Notes: generated by a model from the sequence alone, not told the origin. 64,000 bases of DNA from Intoshia linei (GCA_001642005.1 LWCA01000033.1:7891-71890), one strand, 5' to 3'. Counted from the first letter of the stretch, positions 40,171-54,969 are shown. Translations and numbers: made by a program.

Positions 40171-41930
40171 TTTCAGTGTGATACACTCCAGTATTACTTT
40201 AAACTTCAAAAAATTATAGGTCTCGTTTTATTTTTAAAAATAGGATGTGTAATTTGGAGTTTATTACCTTGAAAGACTCAATTTCCAATTCAAAAAAAAT
40301 TTTCCTATGAACCCTCTTTAAAATATGGTACAAAAAAAATATTTAAATAAGGCTGTATATAGCAAGCATAATGATTTCTAAAAATATGAAATTTAAGCAA
40401 TATTTTTAGAACCTTATTATATTTTAATAAACTAATTAATTAAATACTCATATGAATCGATTTATATTTAGATTTTCGTATTTAAATTTAAATTGTCGTC
40501 AAAATTATGTTACAGTTACTCATAATTAATAAATATTCAAATATGATGTATAATATTGCGACGCAATATTACGCAATAATTGCGTATCTATATTTTATAC
40601 CATGGAGTATAAATTAATCTTATGTTCTCGCCGGAAAAAGCTGAATTTTTGTTTTTGAAATATTTGAAAAATCACAGCTTTCTCAATAAATAGTTTCATA
40701 CTTATTTTTATCAACAATTTATATACATTTTATGTAAATTTACGTTTATATTACATTTAATTATAATAAAGCTATTCATACATCAACATTTGATTAATTT
40801 ACAAATTTTATATTATGTGATATTCCAATCAAATATAAATCTAATCTTAGATTATTATAGAGTGAAACTTAGATTATTAAAATAAGAAATGAAAAAATGT
40901 TTATACAATTTTAAATGTAAATTGTAAAATTTTATTGTTTATTTTAATTTTCAAATTTATTAAAATGTTATTTGATTATTTTGCAATGACAATGTTAATT
41001 TCATAAATTTATAGTATATTTATAGCATTTATACTATTTGAAAAACATTTTCAACAGGTAATTGGGGGATTTCAAAATTTGCTTTTTTCGAAAAAATTAA
41101 AAAGAATATTTTAAAACAGAGGTGTTCAACCTGTCAATCGTGGGATGATTTTGAGAAAAATATTCTCTATCATTTTGTAGTAGTTTTTTTTCGACTAATT
41201 GCCGCTTAGTTGTGCACCCCTGCTCTATACATTGTTTAACATTTTTCATCGTTACTCCTGCAAGAACCCTATACAAATAAACTAAAAATGAAAACATATA
41301 CATTTTTATAAAATATGGCACTGCTGGGAATGACCAAAAAAACATTATATTACAAGATAATTTTGTCATGCTTAAAAAAATTACTTAAAAAAACCCCACA
41401 ATAATTAATTATAATTATTCGATTTATTATCAATTTTTCCAAAAACTAAATAAAATTTGATATTTTAAATCAATGATGATAAGGAAGGGGTTAGAGGTAA
41501 GAGATGATTATTTTTGACTAAATTCTAAAATTTTGCTGTTTTGCGACAAGATAATATTTATTAATTCATAAATTAATAATAGTAGTCACGTGTGTAGGCC
41601 CAGGCCATGTGCCCCTTATTCTCTCCACTGCCCTGACAATGACACACGCGGTGTGTTAAACAGTTTCCCAAATGTCATTATCATTTAAATTGAGAGTTAT
41701 GAAACATGCAATTACAATTTATAATGTTAAATAATACATTATATTGAATAAAGGCCGCCAGATTTTAAACAGAATGCAAAACTTTTTCAATATTTAAGTG
41801 GCCGTTTGAATTTATAATTTATCCGACGATTCCTCAAATATTTCGATTTAATTAAAATTTATTAGAGATTGAAATAAAATGTTTAAATATTTTAATTGCA
41901 ATTCTAATTTGTTGAATATCTTATATCAAT

Positions 41931-42338
41931 ACTAGCTTGACTGTTATGTATTACGTACAAACAACAGCTAGCTCTGCCGAGGGCACATTTTTATTATACC
42001 AAAAATTAAATTAAATTCATGTTGAAAATCTAACTTAAAAATCCTACTATTCACTATTATCAATTTTTTAAAGGAGTGGTTCCCAAATTTGTTTCAGGTG
42101 GAACCATCATATCACATTACTTTTTACTTTAAAGTGAATTATTCCACTTAATTTTTTGTTGTAATTGGAGGTTTTGGCCCTGAAGATATAAGTGTGGGAG
42201 GTTGAAATTTATCTTACTGACACCCGGAAAAAACTGTAATAGAAATGTGGACTTTATAAAATTCTAAGACTGATAATTATTGAAATAAATAATAACACAC
42301 ACACAAACAAAGCATATTATACATGTATAAGTAAGGAT
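41931..42338 (-). mobile_element. Complete about 410-bp non-autonomous Helitron
   Basis: On the - strand it begins A|TCCTTACTT, has a (TG)n tract, and ends in a hairpin plus CTAG|T. No TSD; A/T insertion site. Confidence 0.75.
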
Positions 42339-42542
42339 GTTAATATTTCCATATTATGGTAACAATCACTTGGCGAAATACAGAATTAGCGAATTGTAGT
42401 GTTGTCGAGAGAGTGATGTATATATATGAGTTGTATTTTAAACAAGATATTTTGCATTAGACAAAATGAACATTAGACATTAGGCATTCGATAGGAGTAT
42501 CGTTACTGAACGGGGTTTGTTTTGATATAATACATTGACTAG

Positions 42543-45500
42543 ACATTTCAAATAATACTAAGGATGCAAAAAATTTATTTAAACGTTGTTTCATGTTGAA
42601 TCAAAATGAATATGCGGAATGTGAATTTTTAGAAGAAAAGTAAACATTTAAAAATATAATAAATTATTTCATTTTCAATTCATTCTAATTAATAGGTGGT
42701 ACCATGGACCATTGAGTAGACATGATACTGAAACGTTATTAGACAATTCTTCAATATTAGGATCTTATATAATACGTAAATCTGATAACACAGTTTCTTC
42801 GTTTGTTTTATCAATTAAATCAGCACATGGACCTAAACATTTTAGGTATTTATTAAAATTAATACAATTAATATTACTTCATAATAATTTTATTAATATC
42901 ATGTAATTCGGTCATAAATAGTTTTTTTTATTTTTTCTGACGTACAATTTGAAATAGTGACATCTTAGATATAATATTAACATTCAAAATGTTACCTAAT
43001 ATCATTTTTAATTTTTCGAAATTTTTCCTACCTTTTGGCCTAATATAAATAGAGAAATTTCTAAATAATCTGTAAGATTTTGAATCAATGAACTTATACT
43101 TGGCCCAGTCATGAATCATATTAAACATTTAAATTTTATACTAGAATAACAAAAATATGTGATGATGTATATATTGGAGGACGAAAATTTAAAACAATGG
43201 AAACACTGTTGAAATATTATACTTACGATAGTGATATAATATATAATCAAAAATTGATTTCACCTCTCACACCAGCAATAGTAATAATATAAAAATGTAG
43301 TTTTAACTACCCTTAATCAATTTCTTTAAATCGCATTTGCGGCACTTGAGAAAAAGTACAGATGTTGAGGGAAGTAATTATTGTATACACTTACTGTCAC
43401 AGTGTTTTTAAAAAAAATGAGATATTTTATTAGTATAGATTTAAATATTTATATACAATTAATTCAAAAATTTGAAAAATATTGGTTGATGATGTTTAAA
43501 TTTTCTATCTAGATCAGGAGCGGTAACCAGTGGCCAACAGAATAATTTTGGTGACTCTTTGAGTAAATACATAAATTATTTATTTTTCAAGATTTAAAAA
43601 TTATCTACTATAATTGGCTCATTATAATCATTTTAATTACTGAGTTTTTCGTAGTAAAAAACTGAATATATTAAAATGAAACTTGCATTAAAACATTAAT
43701 CCCGAAAAACCATATATATTTTATTTTTTGATTCGAGTATTTTTGACGTTTTAAATAAACGGTAACAAATACAGACATTAAATTTTATATACATAATTTT
43801 TAGTAAAGGATATTCATATTTTTTTTAATTTTAGAATTTAGCCAATTCAACCCAACAAAAAATACATTATAACCTTAATATCTTATCGTGCTATGCCAAA
43901 TACGGATCAAATTAGGTTTGTATTTTAATTTTCAAAAATGTCACTGAGACCCGACTGCTTGCCGTTAGCTAGGTTCGATTTTGCTCAATTTTGTTAGTAT
44001 TATTTATTTAGCTAAAACTGCATTTTTCTTTTTATGGTTGGTAAACTCGAATTTTTCCTTTTAGAGTTGGTAAAACGGGAATATTTCCATTAAGGGTTGG
44101 TAAAACTAGAATTTTTCATTTTAAGGTTGGTTAAATTTGATTTTACCTTTTAGGGTTGGTAAAGTTTTATTTTTGTAAAAAATGGTTGAATTTAAGTAGA
44201 CTCCCATATTCAATTGTTTTTTTAATTTTTGTACCAAAATTCTAGATTTTATTAAAAATTACTTCATTATGTCCACAATTTCTCATTTCAATGCACCTCT
44301 TTCGATGTTTTTTGAAATTCGCATAATCGTCATAACCTCTTGGTCAAATTTTTGAAAAGATTAGACATTTAGTTCTCATTAATTTTAGGTAAATAAGTTT
44401 CAATTTTCATAAGATAAAAATTTTAAGTTATTAACATTTTTTACAAAACTTAAAAGGGTTTGATTAAATCAAATTCTTAAAAACCCTTATTTTTAGGTTT
44501 TGTACGAAAAATAATCTGAAAATTCCCGATGGACAGTTTGGTTAAAAATAAGTTCATCATATATAATATATAATTATTATATTATGAAAATTGAGACTTA
44601 TTTACCGTTTTACTCTAACTATATACGTTTTAATCGGGTGTCTAAAACTTTTGCACCGGTCTGTAATACCAAAAAAATTACCGAAAGGTCCACACGGTTA
44701 CTTATATGTCGTATAGAATGTGTAATTTTCATCTATATTTTAATTTTAGGTTTTAGAAATTTTTTGAACCAAATTTGAAGAAGTATTTTAGGAATTTTTT
44801 TTTTGAACCAAACTTTCAAGGGGGGTTTTAAGATTTTTTTTTGAACCAAACTTTCAAGAGTGATTTTAAGATTTTTTTTTGAACCTAATTTTCAAGGGGG
44901 GTTTAAGATTTTTTTTGATTGTAGATATATAAATATACATATATTTATGTATATATGACGTCCGTGGGCCCTAAAAGTAAACGCTTCCCACGTCTGATAC
45001 ATAATATTATCCCAGTTTCCAAAATTTCGCAACACAGGGTTTAATTATTATACATTTTTAGTTATGATTAGGTTTTATTATATTTTTTTAAGTATATTAT
45101 TATTATTAGTACATTATTATATTGTAGTTGCAACAAAAACGAAATATACCTTGTAGAACATGAAATAAATCCCTTATGTATCTGGGTTAAAGACGAATAT
45201 TCCGATAAATCGGGAACAATCTGTCATACTTTTACTAAATTTATAACAATATCATCAAACGTTTTGGAAGAAAATGAATGGCATCATACAAACATTTCAA
45301 GAGAAGAAACTGGAAAGCTTTTAGTTTTGCGTAAGAATAACTATGTAAAGGGTACGGCTAGCATCGAACCAAATAAAAAAACACGGTAACGGAAACTGTT
45401 CCTAAGGGTAGGGCAATTTTACGCTATTATTATTACATGTTTCAAAAAATTTCAAAAAAACTTGGTTAATAAAGAAAAATAAACAATGTTTAATAGCACT

Positions 45501-48500
45501 GCTATTAATAATTGCCGGAATTTTCAATTTTTCTTTACATTTTATTGATTGCAAACTATGAAAAAATTAATGAAGGTCAGGGGACACATCCTTTATAACC
45601 TTTATAATGCAGTATATTATATTCCGTTTAAAAATAAATCTAAATAAAATTAATAATAAAATCTAACCCAAAATAATTAGACGGTAAAGAAAGCTGGATA
45701 GTACGACCAAGTGATTCGTCTTCATCAAGTTATACGCTATTTTTCTATGATGGTGACGTTGTCAGACGTTTTAAAATAAAAAGAGATAAAAATTTTTATG
45801 TGATGGGAGGGAGATACTTTAAAAATTTTTTGGATATAATTGAAAGATACAAATATCATTCAATTATCAAAGATTTACGTTTACGGAAACCTATATTACG
45901 CAACTTTTCAAAATTAAACTCACCAAGTATTGAAAGTTTATCCAGTATCCAATTCACTGAAAATGAAAAAAATACCATGCATACCTTTTCAAGTTGTCAC
46001 CAAGCTATAGGTAACCAATCCGATATTCTTATGACTGGATATTTATTTATGAAATATGATAAACTGAAAAATTGGAGAAAATTTTTCTTTCTTTTGAATA
46101 AATATCAAAATAAACTATACTATTACACGTCAAACAAAAAATCCAAACCCAAAGGTTTGATTTTTTTTATTTTGTTAATGTAGTTTAGGTTTAATCGACC
46201 TCATGTATATAAATGTCTATCCCGTACATGAATCTTTATTTGCACGGCAGTATTGTTTTCAATTGGCATCAATGTCTTTAAACCAAGAAACTATTTATTA
46301 TTTATCTTGTAATGATATGACTGATTTTGATAAATGGTCAGAATGTCTGTTATTATTTAGTGACGGTCATGTTGTACCAACTCCATTAAAATTTGATGCT
46401 CCAAAAATTCAATCAAAATTATTACAGTCTTTATGGATCAAACTATTTGAAATTGATAAAATTTTAAAATTAAAAATTGTTGTTGGGTATGTATGTCTTA
46501 ATGATGTTATTGTAGCTAGATTGGCTTGTAATGAAATTCCTTCGTCGACTCGTTTATATTGGGACGATGAAGTATATTTAGAGTAATTTTTTCTTTTAAT
46601 AATTTGTAAATTAACTTAGTTATATCAAAATTTACATAAAGTAGCAAAAGTTTCAGCCTTTTTAAAGCGGTGGCTTTAAAATTTTATTAAAATTTTTTAT
46701 TATTATTTTTTGAATAGTAAGCATATGAAAATGTGCTTGTGATAAAGTATAAGAATTTTTTTTAAATTTATAAAATTTAGTTAATTTTACAATTTTATTA
46801 AATTTAGAAATGTCCCAAAACATGTCAATTTTATTATTATAAAACTTTTCTCTCGCGATAAAAAGAAGGAAACTTATTATGGTAATTTCTATTAATAATA
46901 AAAAAATGGTGTTTCTTAAATTTTTTTAATCCAATTGCCACTAGTGTTGAGCAAACAACGCTGTTGGAAATCGATAAAAATGTTTTGATAAATTTGTAAA
47001 TATATAAATATATAATTAATAAATAAATTTAATTTTTTAAATAAACTTTTTAAATAAATTAATTTTGAGAAAAATCCAATTTTAACAACACTTTAGAGAA
47101 AAATTATTTCAAAACAAAGCATATTAAATTATTATAATTTACATTAATTTTACTTTAAATTTGGTTAGTTTTTATCGATTGCCATCCCTAATTGCTACTA
47201 AAATTCCCAAAGCATTTATCCTTTTCATAAAATTCAAAGAAAATGCATATATATTTACAATATTATTAATCTAGCCCAAGTTAAATTCAAATTTGAAAAC
47301 TTGACATCGAATCAAGAAATTATTACCAAAAAAATTGAATTTTCTCCCATTTTCAAAATAGACAAAGATTCCTTTATCAAAACGTCAATAACATTAGACA
47401 AAATTTTTTTCCTTCCTTTAACTTATTACTGTTCTCTTGAATCGGTAAATTTTTAATATTATTTTTCTATTTTCTGTCATTTATTTATTTTTATTACTAT
47501 CCTTCATTTTTTTATTACAAATCTTAATGATAAAAAATGCAATTTATGAGGCGAATCTTGAATATGAGATTACACATGGATTTATCATTTTCATCTTATC
47601 TTCAAAATTTAAAATCTCATGCCTAGGGAACTGACTGGATTTTTTTTAATAAAATTTGTATTAATTTTCTATTTAATTCAAAAATTTAGCTATTGTTTGA
47701 CAGAGACACTAATTTTTTAAAGATACTCTGTTGTGTTTCCTTTCGAGATCAGCGAAAAATTTCACATAGTTTAATGCAAATATTTGATTACAAATGCCAA
47801 TTGACTGAATTGTTGATTAAATTATTGGAAATTGAAATTAATCAAGGTTTTTATTATCATCAAAATAATAATAAAGATTAAACATGAATACAATTATACA
47901 TAAAATGTATAAGTTTTTTGCGTTTGAAAAGGTAATTTAAAATTTTAAATGGATGGAATGTGTAAATTTGTATTAATTTTAATATACGTAGTCTCTTTCC
48001 TTAAAAACTTTACGTAAGGCTGACATTTTATATTTTTATTGGTTGTATTAATCTAAAAAATTTAAATTATTGTATTTTATAATAACAGTTTTATATTGTC
48101 CTACTAAAATAAAAATAAAAATGAAATGCTAATAAATTTGCAGCAGAAATTATATTTTTGATATAATGAATGCTATTGGATAAGATTATAAAACAGTAAA
48201 CTGTAACGAGAAAAATTAATTAAAATGTTACCTGTTGATTTAATATTGAAATTGGCGCAATTATTTGAATAAAATTCAAATTAATTTCCATTAAAAATGG
48301 TTAATAAAATAAACATCTCTTAAAAACTTACTTATATTTTGGTTGTTCCAACAGTGCACTGGTGCAATGCAGTGACTAGATTATATAGTGACTAGATCTG
48401 ATGTAAAAACATTGATATAAGTACATAAACATATACATCGTCTTTAAAATAATATTATGTTATTGCTTTATTAAATTTTTTAGAAATTTTTGAAAATGTT

Positions 48501-51500
48501 TTAAGACGACAATCTTTAGCTACAATCTGTTTGACAAGTTATATGAATGCAAATTGTTCACATTTTATAAAATGCAGTTTGTATGAAACTGTCAACCGAG
48601 CTAAACAAATTAAATCCAGCCTATTGGTAATTTTTCAGTTATATGGGATAATTTTATTTTTACAACGGTATATTCTTTTTAGGCATCTTCATCAGTTTTA
48701 ACGTATTGGGAACTTGGTAACAATTTCTCAACATTAAAGGATTTATTTTATCTTACTTTAAGCAATATATATGATAATGCTGATAAAGTGCCAATGTAAG
48801 TAGATTTATAAACCTGTTTCCTCAAACAACTTTTTTAATATTTTAAATTTTTACCAACAAAATGGTTTTTATGATTTTTTAAAGGGTACTCTCACGTTTT
48901 GTCGGGGAGTTTACAGTCAGGTCTCTCAATGCCGACACTATGTTTCAATTTTATAATTAACATATAATAATATTTTTCAATACCTACCTACAAAATCAAT
49001 ATCTCCTCAATTTTAAAATTATTTTAAAAATAAATGAATAAATACACGTTGATGTAAGCCTAAAACAATTAAAATAAATTTTCAAAATTGAAAGAAAGCG
49101 TATTTTGCAAAACAAAATAATTTACAATGTTACATGTTATATAATTATATATATTATAAATTATTATAATATTTTTCTATAGATAATATATACATATATT
49201 AGATACAAAATATATTAGTAATACGATATTATCTAATTATATTATAATATAAATTATTACGTGACTCATGCAGAGTAAATATTCAATCTCACAACGTAAC
49301 TTATAGCGTGAGACTATAAATATAACTTTATAATCTCAATATTGCCATAAATATCAAAATGATTGTATTGAGAGGCCCGATTTTATATTGTATGATAGTA
49401 TTAATGAATCGTATAGTTGGATTGGTTAAATGAATGCTAAAATTAACTTTTTCATGTAAAATTAAATAAATTATTTAAAAATGGGAAACTTTTGAATCGA
49501 TGAGAAAAATTTTCATTTTAAAAAATGTGGTGGGGCAGCGATTTCCCATCCCTAAATTAGTGTATGCATGTTACATTACTCCGATGAATATTTCATAATG
49601 ATTATATACATTATATATTATCAGTCATTTACACATGTTTAGAATACTACAATACATACTGTATCGACTAAAATCATTTGTAAATGTAAAATGGAAAAAT
49701 AATAACAATTATGGGATTAAAATAATAAGGTATTGTTTATTATTTTTTTATTCTGGATACAATTTATTTTGCTGTTACATTAAAATTATTATTGTATCAT
49801 TGAAACTAGACTATAAAAGAATTTTAAAAAATTTATAAATTATATATATATTTTAGTAACATAATATTTCTCAGATTGATTTGTGTTGCATTAATTGATC
49901 CCAAGAGTTTTGATTTGGAACAGGGTAATTTAAATTTATATTCAGGTATTTAGTTTTTCAATATGCAATCCATATTATGCACATTAGGGTGTCATATTTT
50001 TGGTAAAATGTTATATATTGAAGCGAGTTAAGAATACAATCTGTACATTTCCAACAGATTATTTTTTACCGTGAACCACATTTAAATTTGAAAAATTTTA
50101 TTCTCATGTTTCGTTATTTAAGTGACCCGAAAATTATTAATCAAATATATTTATAAATTACAATATTTAAGTTAATGTATTAGTAAAGAAAAAGTGAAAT
50201 TTATTTTTTTTCAATAATTATAATTATTGTAATATATCAAATTCATATAATACTGATTCATAATTTAGGAAAAGAAAAGCTATCTCCAAAAACCCTAAAA
50301 ATATTGAGTATCATAGCTAGTTGCATTCTCAAAGTCGCCAATATGACATTATTTCGTGTAAGGTTAAATTTCGTTTTGTTAGTAGATCACAAAAATAAAT
50401 TATTATAAATGCCCATGCCGACGTACATATAATAAATGTATTAATATATATTATATTAAGAGTATATTTTATTTATTTTTTGAAAATCAAAAAGTGTCCT
50501 AACATACGATAAGGAAGGATATTGGTTTTCATAAATAAGATTTATAACATTGTGTGTAACCTTGCCATTATGTTTATATTATTTATTCAAATATTCATTT
50601 CTATTGACAAAAATTTTACCTGCCTGCAAAAAAAATTAAAATGGGTCTAATTAATGACAAAAAAATATTTTTTTTTCTCTATTTTATATTCAAAATTTAA
50701 TCAGACTCATATAATCACTGTGTCATTATATTTTGTCACAAATTTGTTGTAACACAAAATTAACACAAATTTCACACGATACCGGGCCATATCGACCCCT
50801 GTACACCGTACAAACAGTAACTGGGTGTGCCGAGGGCGAACTTTGTTAATTCTACCAAAAAAATCAATTTATAATTTGTAGATTTCATAATACATCCATT
50901 TAGTCGAAATTTTTGTAATAACATAGTATTAAATTATTTTAAAATTATATTACGTTATACCGTATATTATAATATATAGCTATTAGGAACCATTAATGTC
51001 ACAAGTAAATGATATGATAGAAGGAAATATGAGCAAAATGTCTACATTTTTGGAAACTATATCGGTATATCAAATAAATATAATCCATGTATTAGGGTTA
51101 CTATTAAAATACATTATTAATATTAGTACATAATATCAGTGTATATAATAAATACATTGTATAATATAATATATACTATTGTTTACTTCATTTTGAAAAC
51201 GTTATTTTATTAACACGGGACGAAAATATGAAATTTTTTCGTATAAAATAGTATTATGTAATAAAATATAAGGGTCATATCTTTAAAATTGAAAATCAAT
51301 TAAAATTAACATTAGTGTGTATCAAAAATCTGATATGCGTCAATATTTTTACAAAATATGAAATAAACTTTTGTTTTTATTATAAAGAAATGATGTTTTA
51401 TGATTATTTTTGTTTTATTTCATATTTCTATGATTTCTTTTTCAGTATCTCGCTATATTTTTTAAAATTTAAAATTTGAATAGTGACCTTTATAGAGATT

Positions 51501-52320
51501 ACTGTATAATATATAACAGTGGTTTCCAAACTTTTTACTGTTGCAGCACACTCAAAATTATGAAACATTTGAAGGTGCAGCCAATATCTAGAAAATTTTT
51601 TAACTTTTGGGCGCTGAACTAAATTTGGTGTTTTATTATATTATTGCTATTTTTTTATTGACCATATACTTTGAATAACTATTACAATTCTAATTTCTTT
51701 TCAGCATTATGTGCTATCTGAGTACTACTCACGTTGAAGGCCCTAAAGTGATTAAAAAATTGAAAATATTGCTAAAACAAAAAAAGACTTACATTTTCTA
51801 CCGGAACCACCTATAATCTTTAATCCAGCGGTTCCCAAATGCCGCTATGTAAAATTTTTTTACTGGCCCATGCAAAATTTTGTTTAAAAATATTTCAAAT
51901 AAAATACAATAAATATTATAATTTTTTAATTTAACTAATCTAATTTTGTCTAATAATTTTGTTTTTGTAGGCCGCGAGAAATTTTATAGTAACTTACCGG
52001 TAAAGAAATTGTGGGAATCGCTGCTTTTCATCCATTGTTTTTTTATAAAATATTTACTATTTGAAATTTTAATTGTTTCATAAAATTGAAAAACGAGTCT
52101 ATCATTATAAATTTAATAGAGTTTGTCTCAACGACCTTATGAACCACGAGGATTTAAAGCAAAGGATTGTGCACGACACTATGCAATACTTCACTACATA
52201 TTTGAAAAGGAAAATTTTAATTTAGAAAAAATGAAAGAAATTACCTCAAACAGCGAATTTCCATTTAAATTAAAAACCATTTTTGATATTATAAACACAA
52301 TAATTTCAGAAAATGTATGA
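42543..52320 (+). CDS. RASA1: p120 Ras GTPase-activating protein (SH2-SH3-SH2-PH-C2-RasGAP), multi-exon; 5' end uncertain
   Basis: SH2 WYHGPLSR..GSYIIRKSD..FVLS (42696-); SH3 ISYRAMPNTDQIS..IWVKD; second SH2 WHH..SWIVRPSDSS..YTLFF..VRRFKI..MGGRYF; PH GYLFMK..KPKGLIDL..VYPVHESLFARQYCFQL; C2; GAP domain LRRQSLAT, FLRLIC, EPLMSQVN. TGA ends at 52320. Confidence 0.92.
44030..44170. repeat. Tandem minisatellite, about 30-bp unit x5
   Basis: Repeated (a)gggttggtaaaa..gaatttttcc.ttta. Related units at approx 3950-4080, 34160-34260 and 59400-59660. Confidence 0.8.
44760..44917. repeat. Tandem minisatellite, about 39-bp unit x4
   Basis: Repeated tttttttgaaccaaactttcaaggggg.ttttaagatt. Confidence 0.8.
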
Positions 52321-52739
52321 TGAATTTATTAATAAAACTTAAGTTATTATTTTTTGTCTTTGAAAGTAATTTGTTATTTTTAATTTGCCAGATAAAAAAA
52401 TTTCTAATAATTTTCTATGTCACAAAAACCGTGTACTTTTTTATCAGTGGATTATCAAAAAGTGTATCAGTTTGAATTCTGTCACTTTTTTTGGAAATAA
52501 ATATTTCCTATAAATTTATATTTGAAAAATTACACGATGTTTAATTTTTTCTAAAACACAAATTCCTCCAAAAAAATACATTAAATAGAAAAATGTAACT
52601 TAAAAATTCTATTTTTTACTATTATCAACTCTTTAAAGGAGCGATTCCCAAACTTGTGTCACATATTCCGTCATATTATTATTAAATTTTTTAAAAAGTT
52701 TATTAGATAAAACCATGTTATCATCTTTTCTTAAGTTAA

Positions 52740-52979
52740 TGTTTTGATTAATGATGGCATTGAAAAGGATAATATTTTTCTTTGTAATATTGTCAGTATA
52801 TATTACTCATGCATAAAAACTAGAATCAATATTTATTGTACGTCTCATTGATCTTCCAGTCATTATTGCTGCTTCATACTAGCTGCCGATGCACTTGTTC
52901 CTTTTTCATCTACATCCATATTGGCCACGTGAACAAATTGGTTCAATGTCAATCCATCATCTGATATAACAGAAAAATC
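52740..52979 (-). pseudogene. Serpin C-terminal fragment (strand s5A, hinge, reactive centre loop, final strands)
   Basis: DFSVISDDGLTLNQFVHVANMDVDEKGTSASAAS, then a frameshift, then AAIMTGRSMRRTINIDSSFYA*VIYTDNITKKNIILFNAII. Matches serpin consensus ADFSGIS..VHKA.IEVDEEGTEAAAAT..R-S...DHPF....ILF.G.V. Confidence 0.8.
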
Positions 52980-52980
52980 A

Positions 52981-54000
52981 GTTATTTCAATAAAGTAAGA
53001 CACATACACAGACAGACACACAAACAAAAATCGCGTCGCATATTATATAAGTTAGGATGCTACGCGATTTTTGTTTGTGTGTCAGTGTCTGTCCTATTTT
53101 ATTGAAATAACTAGCACTCTTAAAATTTTTTAAAGACCACATTTCAATTACAGTTTTTTTCGGGGCGTAAGATATATATAATATAAATATATATATATGT
53201 ATTAAGATATATTTCAACCTCTTAATTTCATATCTTAAAAGTCAAAAACCCCTGTTGTCCCTTCTTTTAAAAATTAAACGAGTTGGAGAATTTAAAAAAA
53301 TATATACGCTGATGCGGATTTTAAATTCATAAACATCATCATAAATTTAAATTTAAAAAAATTATACCTTCATGGCCAAAACTACAAATTCCCTTCCTTT
53401 TTTTTGAAAACAGCCCTAGAATTTCAAAAAATTTACAGGTAGTAGNNNNNNNNNNNNNNTTTTTTTTTAAAACAGCCCTAGAATTTCAAAAAATTTACAG
53501 GTAGTAGAGTTGTATCATGTTAACACGAATAAAAAATTTCAATCCGAATAAGTGACAACTTCACGGTCAAAAAAGCATTTTANATTTTAGTATTCATATA
53601 TTTTTTTTCCGAAATATTTTATTAAAACAAAAAATATGAAATAATTAACTGTCCAAAAATTTGAAAAAAGAATTATTCTGATAGAGCTTATTCCAGTTGA
53701 TATAAATATAAAATTTCAACCCCAGAAATCTACGCATTCCCGGTGAAAAATAATTTTTAATATATTATCAACCAATATTTTTCAAATATTTCGAATTAAA
53801 ATAAAAAATTGAAAATGTAAATATTGATTCTACAATTTAAAAAAAAAGTGTATTGTACGTTTACACATTTTGAATGAAGACATATGGGTGAAAATCTATA
53901 TAATTCATTCCTTCGGAATTTTTTTCATTGCTACGCAATTTTTAAATTTCAAATTTTTATTTTCCAAACATTTTTTATAATCTTCAAATTTTAACATTAC
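52981..54000. mobile_element. Head-to-head Helitron 5' ends (hairpin 52981-53110) followed by an inverted Helitron-family body
   Basis: gttatttcaataaa..cacacaaacaaaaatcgcgt.gcat / atgc.acgcgatttttgtttgtgtg..tttattgaaataac. 53110-54000 is largely the reverse complement of 17590-18340. Confidence 0.7.
53446..53459. other. Assembly gap (N run)
   Basis: 14 Ns flanked by the same approx 40-bp sequence on both sides. Confidence 0.95.
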
Positions 54001-54969
54001 AGCAACGAATTTATAAAATTAAATTTATATTAACTAAAACGTTATTTTTTTTATTGATAATTGTTACAAATTTAACATTTCACAAGAAAAAAGGCCAAAA
54101 GTATGGACAAAATTTTAACATCAATCATTTTTATATTACAATCCTTTGCAATAATGGTAAAATTCGACTGAAAATTCAATTAATTATTTATACACAATTG
54201 GTATTTTTAAGTATTTATTAAATTGATACTGAATATATGTGATTACAATTTATATATTATAATAATAATACAAATATTATAAATCACTATATATTTACGA
54301 ATACTTATTGTAAGCGCGTGATTTTTTTGTTATATTGTTACTAATTTTATGACTGGATTTACAAACATTCGAAGAGAAAAAATGGAAAACTTACTTGGTG
54401 AGTACTGTTGGAGAATACATCAGTGGTTAAAGTAATTTACATTTGTATAAATTTTTAATTAAGATTATTAGTAATATTTATATATTTTTTTGCTTATATT
54501 TTAAAATCTACTCTATAGAATCGTCTACAATTTTGACTGTTTCGTTCTGAGTATTTTTTCATCATACTAAAATATTAAAACCCGGGGAGGTCGTCGTGGA
54601 AACATGGTTTGTAGAAAGTCATGGTCATTATTTTAGTGTTATCAGTTAATTTGTGTGTTTTTGAGAGTGGGTAAAAATTCAGCATCACGGAATTACTGTA
54701 ATAGACAGTTTAGTTTAATTTAAACAATTACATAAAACGATATATAATCAAAATAATTATTATTATTTTTTGATTTTTTGGAGTAATACGCCCCTTTAAT
54801 TATTAAAGTACTCTACAAAAATGTCTAATTTTTTTTCGATATTAGTTTTGAAAATGTCTTTCATTTTAAATAAAAATATCCCGGGAGGTCGAAAAAAATC
54901 TGAAATTGATAACAGTGTTATAGATAAATCTGAAAAAAATTTATATATTTAAATTATAGCCTAATATAG

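Noticed and set aside
44030-44917. Regularly spaced repeats resembling a CRISPR array
   Set aside because: Units are contiguous minisatellites without unique spacers, inside a eukaryotic intron.
53401-53505. About 40-bp direct repeat around the N run
   Set aside because: Typical unmerged contig overlap, an assembly artefact.
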